IMG/VR virus record: IMGVR_UViG_3300020411_003822
Reading direction: 5' to 3' (one strand)
Length of the DNA: 64,000 bases
DNA from: an uncultured virus (IMG/VR IMGVR_UViG_3300020411_003822)
Taxonomy: Duplodnaviria > Heunggongvirae > Uroviricota > Caudoviricetes
Position numbers and translations under genes: made by a program. Below the pieces are notes generated by a model, which saw nothing but the letters and a program-made list of their open reading frames with translations, ran no database searches and was not told where the DNA came from. How positions within the stretch are numbered: the stretch's first letter is position 1; the number at the start of each line of letters is the position of its first letter. Below, in pieces: positions 47,267-56,660 of this stretch.

Positions 47267-47592
47267 AATCTATCCACTAACAATACCCCCAATAAAGCCC
47301 TCGGTCTGCAAAGGTTGCAACCATTGTAGGAATGATAAACAATACAACCTGCAAAGGTTGAACCTTTGTTAGCAATAATGCACGGTGGATTAGATCTATC
47401 AAAAAAAGCCCAAAATACACACAAAGGGTCTGATGATTAATTGTAATCCACCTGCATTATTCTGCATGGGCTTTGCCCTCCACCCGTTTCTTATGCGTAA
47501 AGAGTGGGGGGAAGCCCCCTCAATGCGCAAGGGTGGAACATTTTAGCCCCCTGATGCGAGAAGGTTAAAGGGCTCAACGGTATGGGGCAAGC
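47267..47592. other. Largest non-coding region, dense in direct and inverted repeats
   Basis: CTGCAAAGGTTG at 47306 and 47349; CAAAGGTT-G-AACCTTTG 47352-47368; 18-bp inverted repeat 47374-47392/47444-47461; nested hairpin 47479-47537. Confidence 0.8.
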
Positions 47593-47877
47593 ATGGGCGA
47601 TGAAGCTGAAGAACTCATTCCAGGAGTTTGGTCCGAAGAACAAGTAATTTCATTTGATCTGCATTGTGTAATCAGATACGACATAAATGGGGATTTAATC
47701 ATCGATTACCCCCCCTTGTACAACAATAAACAGTTCAAAATGAAATTAATGGAAATACTGCAGGGATACGGTTTCCCTGAACAAAACTTAGAACGGGCAG
47801 AACTGGGTATGCAGGCTTGCCCGCCTGTTGTTTTCGAAGGAGTCCAACCTCCTGTCAAATACCACTTAGGTGAATAA
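47593..47877 (+). CDS. Hypothetical protein
   Basis: First gene of an operon; TTAAAGGGCT 28 nt upstream. Confidence 0.65.
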   Translation: MGDEAEELIPGVWSEEQVISFDLHCVIRYDINGDLIIDYPPLYNNKQFKMKLMEILQGYGFPEQNLERAELGMQACPPVVFEGVQPPVKYHLGE

Positions 47878-48070
47878 TATGCTCAAAAGACTGCTAATTA
47901 GGTACGAATGGCTCATTGTAATGGGGGCTCTTATTGCAATATTGGCAGCCCTCAATGGAATGGGTATCACATCAATTAATTCAGATTACTTTTGGTCGCT
48001 TGCTGGGGCTATTGTGGTGGGTGAAGGTGCTATTGAATTGTACTACGAAAGCAAGGAGGATTCACAATGA
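47870..48070 (+). CDS. Small two-helix membrane protein
   Basis: Two hydrophobic segments; coupled to the recombinase gene. Confidence 0.7.
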   Translation: MNNMLKRLLIRYEWLIVMGALIAILAALNGMGITSINSDYFWSLAGAIVVGEGAIELYYESKEDSQ

Positions 48071-48885
48071 GAGCAGTCATCTACACAAGGGTATCTACAG
48101 TAGGGCAAGAGAAGGATGGGCTTTCGCTCGATGAGCAAGAAAGACAGTGTAAGGCCCTACTTGAGATACACAACCACGAATTAATCAAGACATATACTGA
48201 CACAGGATCAGGAGGTGGCTTCGAACACCGCCCAGGTTACAAAGAAATGATGAGCGAAATCGGAGAAGAATGGGATATTGTGTATGTGTGGAAACTTGAC
48301 AGGCTGAACAGAAACCTCACAAACTCAGTTAGATTCTTCGAGACATTAGGAGAAAGTGACGCATACATCGCATGTGTAACCGAACAAGTGGACACATCAT
48401 CTCCAATGGGTCGCTTTATCATCAATGTAATGTCGTCTCTCGCACAAATGGAAAGAGAGCAAACCAAAGAGCGCGTAATAATGGGTAGTGAAGCCGCAAG
48501 AAGAGCCGGTAGATGGACAGGTGGAATCCCCTACGGCTACCATATTCCAATTGAACACGATTCCTCAGGAAACAGAGTAAACAGGGGTATTCTTGTTGAA
48601 AATACTGATGAATCGCCAATAGTGCAGAAGATATTCGAGATGTATGGGTCGGGGTTGAGTATCTCTGCAATATGCAATCAACTTGTTATGGATAGAATCT
48701 TAACCAGAAAAGGCAACATCATATGGTCGCAAAACACAGTATCTGGAATAATTAGAAGAGCAGATCTATACATCAAAGGGCACAATAGTGAAGGAGAGGC
48801 GGTTTTTTCTCCAATCGTAGCACTTACTCAAGATGAAGCACACCAAATATACCGTAGAAGGGGAAGCCTGGAGGAAGAGGAATAA
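48067..48885 (+). CDS. Serine recombinase (catalytic + recombinase domains)
   Basis: YTRVST, RPG, VWKLDRLNR, DTSSPMGR, AQMERE, GGIPYGY, W.QNTV..I. Confidence 0.93.
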   Translation: MRAVIYTRVSTVGQEKDGLSLDEQERQCKALLEIHNHELIKTYTDTGSGGGFEHRPGYKEMMSEIGEEWDIVYVWKLDRLNRNLTNSVRFFETLGESDAYIACVTEQVDTSSPMGRFIINVMSSLAQMEREQTKERVIMGSEAARRAGRWTGGIPYGYHIPIEHDSSGNRVNRGILVENTDESPIVQKIFEMYGSGLSISAICNQLVMDRILTRKGNIIWSQNTVSGIIRRADLYIKGHNSEGEAVFSPIVALTQDEAHQIYRRRGSLEEEE

Positions 48886-49025
48886 TGATGTGTCCAGAAT
48901 GCAAAGAGGGGGAGTTCAAGATGGTAGAATACAGAGCCGCCCAAAGTAGCTACTCCTCATCTGGTCCAAGATCCCAATCAGCAATTTTTGAATGCAAAAT
49001 GTGCGGTCACAGGGAGGTATTCTGA
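48885..49025 (+). CDS. Zn-ribbon microprotein (46 aa)
   Basis: MMCPECKEG...FECKMCGHREVF; TAATG coupling. Confidence 0.7.
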   Translation: MMCPECKEGEFKMVEYRAAQSSYSSSGPRSQSAIFECKMCGHREVF

Positions 49026-49162
49026 TGTGTCATATTTGTAGAGCCGCCAAAGTGTTAGAAGAACGAAAACAGTATGTGTGCACTGGATGCACATCAGTAT
49101 ATTTGGATGAAGAAGATGCCGAATTATGCGAAGCCGTTTGTGATAGGGAGGCAAAAGAATGA
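49025..49162 (+). CDS. Cys-rich microprotein (45 aa)
   Basis: MCHIC...CTGC...CEAVC; TGATG and ATGA coupling; GGGAGGT RBS. Confidence 0.65.
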   Translation: MCHICRAAKVLEERKQYVCTGCTSVYLDEEDAELCEAVCDREAKE

Positions 49163-49614
49163 CTGAAAAGAAAAAGAGAAAGTGCAGCCTATGTGGTGAG
49201 CCAGGTCATCAAAGAAACAATTGCAAGAACAGTCCTTTTGGTGGCGCTTATGTGCACGAAAACGAACAGGTTCTATTGATACACAAGAAGGAGGCCCCTG
49301 ATATGAAAAAACGAAATTGGACAGAAGAAGACATCGGAAAAAAGGTAACAATCGAGTTCGAACACGGAACTACAATGGAAGACACTATCGTTAGCATCCC
49401 TCTCGAACTTCCAATAATCAAACGAGATGCTGAAGGCAACGAATATGCCGAAATGCTCGGAGATGGGCAACTAATTGTTGGACCATCCATAGAAATAGGT
49501 ATGATCCACGCAAGACTCACACATTCACTACCATTGATTGAATTACTCAAACTTCAACAAGAAGCTTTGCAAAAAGCCGCAGAAGATTTTTCAGATGAAG
49601 AGGAAGGTGTTTAG
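49159..49614 (+). CDS. Protein with N-terminal CCHC zinc knuckle
   Basis: CSLCGEPGHQRNNC (CX2CX4HX4C). Confidence 0.8.
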   Translation: MTEKKKRKCSLCGEPGHQRNNCKNSPFGGAYVHENEQVLLIHKKEAPDMKKRNWTEEDIGKKVTIEFEHGTTMEDTIVSIPLELPIIKRDAEGNEYAEMLGDGQLIVGPSIEIGMIHARLTHSLPLIELLKLQQEALQKAAEDFSDEEEGV

Positions 49615-49615
49615 G

Positions 49616-50107
49616 ATGCCCGATAGAATAGTAACCCAAGACAAGTTCAATGGTACATGCGATGTCACCCTAACTCTCAATCAAGAAGAGACGAGAGCAT
49701 GGAGAAATCTCACACAAGCCCAAAGAAAATCATTAACAGATAGATTTGCAGAATTACTTGGTGGAAGGGCAGCGCCCCGATTAGCAGATGCAACAATGCC
49801 AGTTGGCAAAGATAGCATGAGCCAAGAAGCGGCCAAAAAAGCAGCCCCCAAATTCTCTGGAAAAGTCAAAACCGTATTCGACACAATACACAATACTGCA
49901 AGCCTCGGTTTGACAGATGAAGAAGGCCAAGAAATACTGGTTATGTCAGGTAATTCATATCGTCCAGCAAGAAGGGCTCTCGTCAAACTTGGATTAGTCG
50001 CAAAGAGCGGAGAATACAGATTAACCAGGGCAGGCAACAATGCAAATGTTTGGATCACAATCGCAACGCCATCAGACATAGGAGGTAATCTAATTGGGGA
50101 TGAATGA
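49616..50107 (+). CDS. Winged-helix DNA-binding protein, phage type
   Basis: GLTDEE...SYRPARRALVKLGLVAKSGEYRLTRAG...VW; ATG 49616 follows the upstream stop. Confidence 0.7.
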   Translation: MPDRIVTQDKFNGTCDVTLTLNQEETRAWRNLTQAQRKSLTDRFAELLGGRAAPRLADATMPVGKDSMSQEAAKKAAPKFSGKVKTVFDTIHNTASLGLTDEEGQEILVMSGNSYRPARRALVKLGLVAKSGEYRLTRAGNNANVWITIATPSDIGGNLIGDE

Positions 50108-50540
50108 AAAAACTCCATTCATAGTATCTGGAATCTGCTCTACATTGATGCTTGCATGGATGGTCGTCCGTGGTGACGACCCCCTGAAAGCAGTAGGGGC
50201 TGCACTAATGATTGGTTCCGCAATGTTTCTTTTTGTTGGTTTTTTTACCAGACCCAAATACCAGTTTGGAGAGTTTTCCATTCTTCAAAACGCATATCGA
50301 ATCAATGAGAAGCTAAATGAGTTAGACGCAATGCCTCACCATAAACAAATCTACGGCAAAAGAATGCGTGAAGGCACAGAAGAGATACCAAGTCCAGCAA
50401 GGCTACGCTCAATGCTTAAACCAGAATTAGTACAGGTGTGCATTGGGTTAGGCCTGCCATCAGATCCCGACCTACACACAAAGAAACAATTGATTGAGAA
50501 TATTATTGAATACAAAGAGGCAGGTGTGAAATCCAAATGA
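50100..50540 (+). CDS. Membrane protein with C-terminal helix-extension-helix (Rho-N/SAP-like) module
   Basis: Two hydrophobic helices; LRSMLKPELVQVCIGLGL...TKKQLIENI. Confidence 0.65.
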   Translation: MNEKTPFIVSGICSTLMLAWMVVRGDDPLKAVGAALMIGSAMFLFVGFFTRPKYQFGEFSILQNAYRINEKLNELDAMPHHKQIYGKRMREGTEEIPSPARLRSMLKPELVQVCIGLGLPSDPDLHTKKQLIENIIEYKEAGVKSK

Positions 50541-50647
50541 TATTTCGCTGCCCCATTTGCAGAGATGAGTACGACCTCGAAGTGTTTGAGAAAATACTGA
50601 AACGGCAATGCACTACTTGCCTATTTAGGGCAGACAGGGAATGGTGA
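50537..50647 (+). CDS. Zn-finger microprotein (36 aa)
   Basis: MIFRCPICRDEY...CTTC; ATGA overlap. Confidence 0.55.
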   Translation: MIFRCPICRDEYDLEVFEKILKRQCTTCLFRADREW

Positions 50648-50651
50648 TACA

Positions 50652-51128
50652 ATGAGAGGATTTAGAAAAAAGCCAGAAAAGGAAATCTTGCATGCACATT
50701 ATGCAGTAAACCTGAGCAGATTGAATACAACTAATCCAGATGAATACATATTGGATTTGCAAAAGAGAATTGAAAAAGCCGTTGAAGATGGGTTGCCAGT
50801 AAGATCTGTAACAAACCCGTTGCACACCACCGGCAATATCTACGGTCCTTTCGAAAACATTCGAGGGGCACAATTGATGGCAGCCAGTGGGCTCAATGAA
50901 AACGATAGAGATTACTTCGGAACCCATTGGGGTTTCATATCCACAATAATGACTGAATCAGATTATCAAAGACCACTAATTGAGAAAGCAAGAAAGTTCG
51001 TATGCGTAAATTATGAAGAATGCGGAGGCGTTCAGAGATTCAAAGGGGCATGTGCTAAATGCAAAGCCAATGGTAAACCATTGGTAAAGACAATAGAAAT
51101 TCGTGATTGGGAGGATAAAATCAAATGA
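50652..51128 (+). CDS. Hypothetical protein with C-terminal Zn finger
   Basis: CVNYEEC...CAKC; GGTGA RBS. Confidence 0.75.
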   Translation: MRGFRKKPEKEILHAHYAVNLSRLNTTNPDEYILDLQKRIEKAVEDGLPVRSVTNPLHTTGNIYGPFENIRGAQLMAASGLNENDRDYFGTHWGFISTIMTESDYQRPLIEKARKFVCVNYEECGGVQRFKGACAKCKANGKPLVKTIEIRDWEDKIK

Positions 51129-51304
51129 TTAACACCATAGAAAGCAACTGGAAACGAACACTTGCATGTCTCGGTGTATTCTTGATTGGCCTCGGTTTGT
51201 ACATGGGAGATGATGGAACCTCTCCCCTTGTAATCGGAGTGATCGTGACAGGGATTTATGCAATCGATAGATACCTCGAAGAAAAGGTGAGGTGGACCAA
51301 ATGA
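51125..51304 (+). CDS. Small two-helix membrane protein (59 aa)
   Basis: MINTIESNWKRTLACLGVFLIGLGLYMG...; ATGA overlaps at both ends; GGGAGG RBS. Confidence 0.7.
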   Translation: MINTIESNWKRTLACLGVFLIGLGLYMGDDGTSPLVIGVIVTGIYAIDRYLEEKVRWTK

Positions 51305-51741
51305 TTTCTTGCAATTCAGGCAATCGAGCACGACAAGTCAAAGAAGCCGTAATTATGAGGGGCACTGGCCACACCTACCAAGAAATCGGTGACAAAGTGG
51401 GTGTAAGCGGTTCAACTGTCGGGAACTGGCTCAAGAAATTGAAAGAAGAATCTCTTGAAAAGGGGGTCGATGAAACCTTGACTCGGATATTCCTCGAAGC
51501 AGACCCCTCTCTTGCAGTACCTGGGCTTATCTCATTACAAATCAACAATGATCTTGAGTGGTGGTTAAATCACTACAAAACAAATGCACACTGGCTCATA
51601 TTGAGAATGTGGCAACTGTGCAACGAAGAAGGTGAACAATTAGAGTCAATCAAAAAAATATGCAATGCCTCTCTCCCTGCTTTTTGTGAATCCTACCAAT
51701 TCGATTTAGAAAAATACCTCAAAATGAAGGAGATGAAATGA
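51301..51741 (+). CDS. Helix-turn-helix protein
   Basis: GHTYQEIGDKVGVSGSTVGNWLKKL. Confidence 0.8.
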   Translation: MISCNSGNRARQVKEAVIMRGTGHTYQEIGDKVGVSGSTVGNWLKKLKEESLEKGVDETLTRIFLEADPSLAVPGLISLQINNDLEWWLNHYKTNAHWLILRMWQLCNEEGEQLESIKKICNASLPAFCESYQFDLEKYLKMKEMK

Positions 51742-52389
51742 ATGGCAAGAAAGAGCAAGGGCAAAAACAGCACCAGGGCGAGAAACACCCAAAAAAAGAA
51801 AGAAGAAGAAGAACAACCGATTGATACTGACGAAGCTTTAGAGTTTGACTTTGCAATACAAAAAGCAACTCAAGTTGTTACAGATCAATATGAGAAGAGA
51901 ATCACTGCCATTGAAAACAGACAAGCCAAAGAAATGCAGAACTTCATGGATGGACAACGCTTCTTTGTAAAACCAAGTCTCCTGGACAGGCTTCTTGGAA
52001 GATACAAAGACATGTATCTTGTATTCAATCATCTACGGCCATTCCACTGCACCGCATGTGGTACAAACCATCACGGAGTAAATCATGGAATCGAATCCCT
52101 AACTCTTGACCTCGATACAGCACTTGGCTACATTGACGAAATGTTCGATAAATTCCCCGAAGGCAAAGCAAGGCTTCTACATATCCAGGTGGACAGGAGA
52201 AGCAGAAGACAAGGGCAAATAGTGAATGAATACACATTCATGCTGAAGGATTGGGATCGTGATAGGCAAAAATACATCACAGAAGAAATTATGGAAAATA
52301 GTGCCCACAACAAAATCTTCGGCAGTTTCAAAGAAGATAGAAAACAATGGAAAGAAGGCAAAAGAAGAAGCAAGCAAAATATGCCCTAA
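51742..52389 (+). CDS. Hypothetical protein with CxxC/His motif
   Basis: AAGGAG RBS; HCTACGTNHH. Confidence 0.75.
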   Translation: MARKSKGKNSTRARNTQKKKEEEEQPIDTDEALEFDFAIQKATQVVTDQYEKRITAIENRQAKEMQNFMDGQRFFVKPSLLDRLLGRYKDMYLVFNHLRPFHCTACGTNHHGVNHGIESLTLDLDTALGYIDEMFDKFPEGKARLLHIQVDRRSRRQGQIVNEYTFMLKDWDRDRQKYITEEIMENSAHNKIFGSFKEDRKQWKEGKRRSKQNMP

Positions 52390-52664
52390 TTCTTCTCCTT
52401 CGAACCAAGATACAAAATTGTTAGAGAGATGGAACCCAGGGTGCGTAGAATCGCCTTTGTTCTATTTTCTCCGTAGATAGCAGCACCTATTGAAGCACAT
52501 GTAGCTGCAGCACCAACGACTCCACCAAACAATGCATTAGAACTCGATATAGGAGTATTGGATAAATCAATAGTTGCACCTAAATTGGTAGGCGGCTTTG
52601 GTGCCCGTAAAAAACTCTTGAAGGATACAGGGCCATCTCCTAATGCAAAGGAAGTTAGATCCAG
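52386..52664 (-). CDS. Membrane protein with probable CTG start (92 aa)
   Basis: GGGGTGA-TTTT-CTG; LDLTSFALGDG...TNLGAT...LFGGVVGAAATCASIGAAIYG...; fills the gap exactly. Confidence 0.6.
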   Translation of the reverse strand: MDLTSFALGDGPVSFKSFLRAPKPPTNLGATIDLSNTPISSSNALFGGVVGAAATCASIGAAIYGENRTKAILRTLGSISLTILYLGSKEKN

Positions 52665-52668
52665 AAAA

Positions 52669-53067
52669 TCACCCCACTACAATGTCGGTGTTTAACGGGT
52701 TAATCTTGTCCAATAGCGTCTTATCCACAGGGATGGGCAATAGTGGAATAAGGAAAGCAGCACTTAACACAGAAAGACCAGCCGCCTTCTGTTTTCTCTT
52801 TCTGGCCAAAAATGGCTTCTTGGCCTTTCCGCCTCTGTCCCATTGTTCTTTTGCTTCCATAGCAGTCACCAATGAACCTAAAACACAAACCAAAGTCGTA
52901 CCGACAGCAAGGCCATCCATCTTTGCTCCTGGAACGGGCAGACCAACAGTTGCGACAGCTTTCAAAGACTCTTGCCCAGTAGTGGTGTTTTTGACTTGCT
53001 GAGTTACAGTAAGTCCCATCTTTCGTTCCATTCGCTTTGCTTCTCTAATCATATCTCGCCCATTCAT
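52669..53067 (-). CDS. Membrane protein
   Basis: GGGTGA RBS; two hydrophobic segments. Confidence 0.75.
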   Translation of the reverse strand: MNGRDMIREAKRMERKMGLTVTQQVKNTTTGQESLKAVATVGLPVPGAKMDGLAVGTTLVCVLGSLVTAMEAKEQWDRGGKAKKPFLARKRKQKAAGLSVLSAAFLIPLLPIPVDKTLLDKINPLNTDIVVG

Positions 53068-53078
53068 GTGATCACCCG

Positions 53079-53375
53079 TTACAGTTTTGTGTACACTCCA
53101 AATCCAGCCGCACAGAAAAGCATGAAGCCAAGTATAGCAGTCATCAAGCCTTCTGGTGTAAGTGCATCACCAGCAGTGACTATCAAGAACAAAGCAACAA
53201 TAAAACAAGCAATCATCTGTATGACAATTACATGCTTCATCAATTCCTGTCGTGGATTGAACCACTCGTTCATCAATTTTGTAACAGTCAAATTGTCTTT
53301 GCTTTCAGGCTTTGCAATAGAATCAAGGATATTGGAAATATCTCTTTGCTCTGATTTTTCTGCCATCAATTTCAC
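53079..53375 (-). CDS. Two-helix membrane protein
   Basis: Two strong hydrophobic helices. Confidence 0.75.
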   Translation of the reverse strand: MKLMAEKSEQRDISNILDSIAKPESKDNLTVTKLMNEWFNPRQELMKHVIVIQMIACFIVALFLIVTAGDALTPEGLMTAILGFMLFCAAGFGVYTKL

Positions 53376-54112
53376 CTTCCTACTCCTGGTGGTGGTGGCG
53401 GTTGATGTGAAGCAGGTGCTACAGGAACACCAACTGCTCGAAGAGCCGTGTTCGTCACGCCGCCAACAACTGCACTCAACATACCACCTTTTCTGCCGCC
53501 ACCGTCAGTCAATTCTGCCACGATTCCTTCCATGCCGCCTTGAGCAGCAATAAGGCCTGCAGCCTGTCTGTGATCAGCAAGCAATGCATCTGCTTGAGCA
53601 ATAAGTGTGTTCCGAAGCTGTTCTGAAATAGCCGTCATCGATGTTGATACTTCAGCCATCGTCATTGTACTCAGTTCCTTTCCTCTATCAGTAGGTTGCT
53701 CTGCTAATGGTTGTAAAAACATCTGCCCTGAATCATCTTGTACCATTCCGAGTTTGTATTCCTTGAAGAATGAAACTAATTTGTAATCAATCAAAACCGA
53801 CAAAAATTGAGCGAGTGCTGGGAATCCTTGTTCAGAAGCCAAGAATCGAGAAACGGGAGTTGAAGATTTGATTATATCAGAGATAATATCAATCTCGGTT
53901 GGTTGCCCGTCCCAATAACCCAAGCGTTGGTAGATCATTGCCGCTGTAGCAGCATTCATCTGTGGATTAGTCGCATATTGTTGGTATCCGCCTTGTCCAC
54001 CAGGGGCTTGTGGTTGAAATGGATTCCCTACGGGCGCAGGCGCAGCCGCAGGTGCGAGAAAACCGTTCGCTGAGGCTGCAGGTTGAGGGTTCGAAAAGAA
54101 ATTATCCGCCAT
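53372..54112 (-). CDS. Hypothetical protein with P/Q/A-rich termini
   Basis: ORF in the GTPase operon; ends in PPPPPP. Confidence 0.8.
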   Translation of the reverse strand: MADNFFSNPQPAASANGFLAPAAAPAPVGNPFQPQAPGGQGGYQQYATNPQMNAATAAMIYQRLGYWDGQPTEIDIISDIIKSSTPVSRFLASEQGFPALAQFLSVLIDYKLVSFFKEYKLGMVQDDSGQMFLQPLAEQPTDRGKELSTMTMAEVSTSMTAISEQLRNTLIAQADALLADHRQAAGLIAAQGGMEGIVAELTDGGGRKGGMLSAVVGGVTNTALRAVGVPVAPASHQPPPPPGVGR

Positions 54113-54115
54113 TGT

Positions 54116-54916
54116 TCACACTCCGCTCTGTGCAACCGATAACGCTTCAACGCTTGAGTGTTCCGCTTCATCGGCAATTTGTTCTGCGGCCCTCATAACC
54201 CTCAAATCAAGGGTAATTGTCGTTAAATCTGTCTCATCGGTAAGTGGATTTTTGTATTCCTTAATATCAATCCCTCTGCCTTGATTTTCTATGCACAATT
54301 GGTAAAATGGCTCCAGTGCGGCCACAAGACCAGGTTTTTGCTTAGATGTCTTCGGCCTGTCCGTTATTGGGACCATCTTAATGCGCTTTCTTTTCCAAAG
54401 CCAAACAGACATCTGCCCCTGATTGTCCAGGTGCTGTTGTTGCTTCCATTGCGTGTAGAGCCAGTAAAGTTGGAGCAGTTCAGGGCAATATGATGAACGG
54501 AGAGGGTATCCAGAATCAACACTGGACAGGGCAGTAAAATGAGAATCCTGTCCCGAAAGTTGGTCCTTGAAAAAATGTCCCGAAAGAGTTGTGCCAGAAT
54601 CAAGCGGCTTCAATGTATCAGGATCCAACAATGGCTTAGTGTAAGCATCAGGCCCCAATGCAGCAAGCCTGATTCCAGTAACACAACATTGGCCAGCATC
54701 ATTGAACCGTGAGAAGTTAAGCGGCCACACCGACCACCATGACTTCGTTGGTTTGAGAAGCTTCCTTGCTTTCTTGATATTTTTCTTCCTTCTGCGTATC
54801 GGATCAGGGTCCTGGTCGAAGTCAAACTTCACTTGGGGATAGTAATCCGGAACTGGTCCGTAGGTATCGTCCATGTACATGCCAGCAGTCCCAGCCGATT
54901 TAATGCTTTGATTCAA
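54116..54916 (-). CDS. Hypothetical protein with Cys motifs
   Basis: Coupled to the GTPase gene; QCCVTG, SYCPE. Confidence 0.75.
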   Translation of the reverse strand: MNQSIKSAGTAGMYMDDTYGPVPDYYPQVKFDFDQDPDPIRRRKKNIKKARKLLKPTKSWWSVWPLNFSRFNDAGQCCVTGIRLAALGPDAYTKPLLDPDTLKPLDSGTTLSGHFFKDQLSGQDSHFTALSSVDSGYPLRSSYCPELLQLYWLYTQWKQQQHLDNQGQMSVWLWKRKRIKMVPITDRPKTSKQKPGLVAALEPFYQLCIENQGRGIDIKEYKNPLTDETDLTTITLDLRVMRAAEQIADEAEHSSVEALSVAQSGV

Positions 54917-55652
54917 GCAAATCCCAAATAGTGGACTCTACTTCCCAATTTCTCAGTGCGCTCATAGGTCGTTTTATTGTTGGAATCAAATGCCTTTGAA
55001 GGCGTGTTAATTCATGTTTGAACGGCTCAAAAATAGGGTGTTCGTTCATTCTTCGAGTGCCCCAGTGCTTCTCCCAGTTCTCATCAAGCCAAACATCAGC
55101 CTTGTTGGCGACAAGTCCCACGATAAGGGGCTTGTAGGCTTTGGCCTTCTTCTTCATTTTACGCTCTGTAAATGGATAATCATTATTCACAATACAATCC
55201 ACAAATCTCCTGAATGAATCTTGTTGTGTTGTGTCATTCTTGTCTCGAAGATGCCTATGATCTATCATCCAAATAACAACCTCGACATTTCTCCCCACCA
55301 TGTCACGCAACCATAAGTCGAAGTATTTCGGGTGGCCACCCAGGTCAGTTGATACAATTGTTCGCTTTGCCGAACCCAAAGTAACGGTGTTATGTACGGC
55401 AATTCTTTTCCTGGTGGCTGGCGGTGGCAGATAGCGCCCCAAATTCGGGTCAAAGGGATGATGAGTAGTTGTATCGAAATCCTCAGGATCTATATGCTCC
55501 AGTTCACCAGTTGTGGATAGTTGGCGACTTAGCGTAGTTTTGCCAACTCCCCAAGTGCCGTATGTGCCAAATGTATGACTTCTCCATGTCTGCCACAGAT
55601 GCTTGAGATACAGAAAACCTCCATAGGCGATGGCAAAACTGCCTTCGACCAT
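54900..55652 (-). CDS. Small Ras-superfamily GTPase, Arf-like
   Basis: G1 GTWGVGKT, G2 PAT, G3 DLGG..KY..LW, G4 NKAD, G5 SAL; hydrophobic N-terminal helix. Confidence 0.85.
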   Translation of the reverse strand: MVEGSFAIAYGGFLYLKHLWQTWRSHTFGTYGTWGVGKTTLSRQLSTTGELEHIDPEDFDTTTHHPFDPNLGRYLPPPATRKRIAVHNTVTLGSAKRTIVSTDLGGHPKYFDLWLRDMVGRNVEVVIWMIDHRHLRDKNDTTQQDSFRRFVDCIVNNDYPFTERKMKKKAKAYKPLIVGLVANKADVWLDENWEKHWGTRRMNEHPIFEPFKHELTRLQRHLIPTIKRPMSALRNWEVESTIWDLLESKH

Positions 55653-55654
55653 GC

Positions 55655-56413
55655 TTAATCCCAATCCGTGATTGGTCCGATGTCGGCTCCCTCATCTTCA
55701 TCCTCGACTTCATCTTCATCCTCATCGTCATCCCAATCATCAAACGAATCAAAATCATCATCATCATCATCATCATCGTCTTCATCATCAACAACTTCGA
55801 GGGGAACCAATTTGGGTTCTTCAACTGGTTCATCCACCATCTTAGCGGTGCTTCCAGTATCGGCCTCCATCTCTGCACGAATCTGCAATCGGAGAGCATC
55901 CATCACAGAATCAGGAATTTCAGGTTCAGGTTCAGCCTTTGGTTCCTCTTTCAATTCGGGTGCAGAAGCTACAGGTTCTTCGGCCACATCTTCATCGGGC
56001 TTCAAATCATCTGCATTCTCACTAATCAAACTTGGAACAAAATCATTCAAACGCATATGATACTGTGGTGTATCTGTGCCAGAGTCAGTCCATAGGAGAT
56101 TCAAATCATAGGCTTCCATGATAACTGCGACAAGTGCGTGCCACTTGATGTAATCAATATCTGTTCTCCCACGATGGTGAACGGCAATAGAAACTGCCCA
56201 ATTGTGAACCCAGCCTACCTCATCAGCCCACTCTCTGTATTCGGGCTGCAGATCAGTACGCAGGTCCTCAAGTCGTATTCGAAACCTTCCTTTTGCAAAA
56301 ATCCAATTAGAATCGTCAGTTGGTTGCTCACTCATGCCGAAGGCTCTTGCAACAGAACTGGCAGGGGACTTTGCAGGTTTACGCTGAAATCCGAGAAATA
56401 CTTTCATCGTCAT
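55655..56413 (-). CDS. Hypothetical protein with very acidic C-terminus
   Basis: D/E tract; promoter motif 30 nt upstream. Confidence 0.8.
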   Translation of the reverse strand: MTMKVFLGFQRKPAKSPASSVARAFGMSEQPTDDSNWIFAKGRFRIRLEDLRTDLQPEYREWADEVGWVHNWAVSIAVHHRGRTDIDYIKWHALVAVIMEAYDLNLLWTDSGTDTPQYHMRLNDFVPSLISENADDLKPDEDVAEEPVASAPELKEEPKAEPEPEIPDSVMDALRLQIRAEMEADTGSTAKMVDEPVEEPKLVPLEVVDDEDDDDDDDDDFDSFDDWDDDEDEDEVEDEDEGADIGPITDWD

Positions 56414-56423
56414 TGAACTGCCC

Positions 56424-56443
56424 AGGGCTCTCAGCCGTATGAA
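56424..56443 (-). promoter_or_regulatory. Promoter motif TTCATACGGCTGAGAGCCCT
   Basis: 30 nt upstream of ATG 56413. Confidence 0.8.
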
Positions 56444-56647
56444 TCAACCGCCTAAGTTGAATAGCCAGCCTACAAGGGAAAAGTCAAAAATATACTCGAT
56501 AACAGAAACAGAAAAGGCAGAAATCAATATGCCCGCAACAGTATATCCAATAATTTGCATTCTAAACCAACGCAGATCCCACTTGTTTTTTTCACTAAAT
56601 GCTAAAGCCATCGTCTCGAAGGCCTTCTCTGCATCTGATGGAAACAA
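56444..56647 (-). CDS. Small membrane protein
   Basis: Hydrophobic C-terminal half; start uncertain. Confidence 0.7.
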   Translation of the reverse strand: MFPSDAEKAFETMALAFSEKNKWDLRWFRMQIIGYTVAGILISAFSVSVIEYIFDFSLVGWLFNLGG

Positions 56648-56660
56648 AGAAGCGATAAAA

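Noticed and set aside
47479..47537. Hairpin as a tRNA
   Set aside because: No cloverleaf and no T-loop GTTCRA consensus; no tRNA or rRNA recognised anywhere in the window by eye.
55504..56060. Poly-Met and poly-Ser ORFs
   Set aside because: Shadow frames of the (GAT)n acidic tract in 55655..56413.
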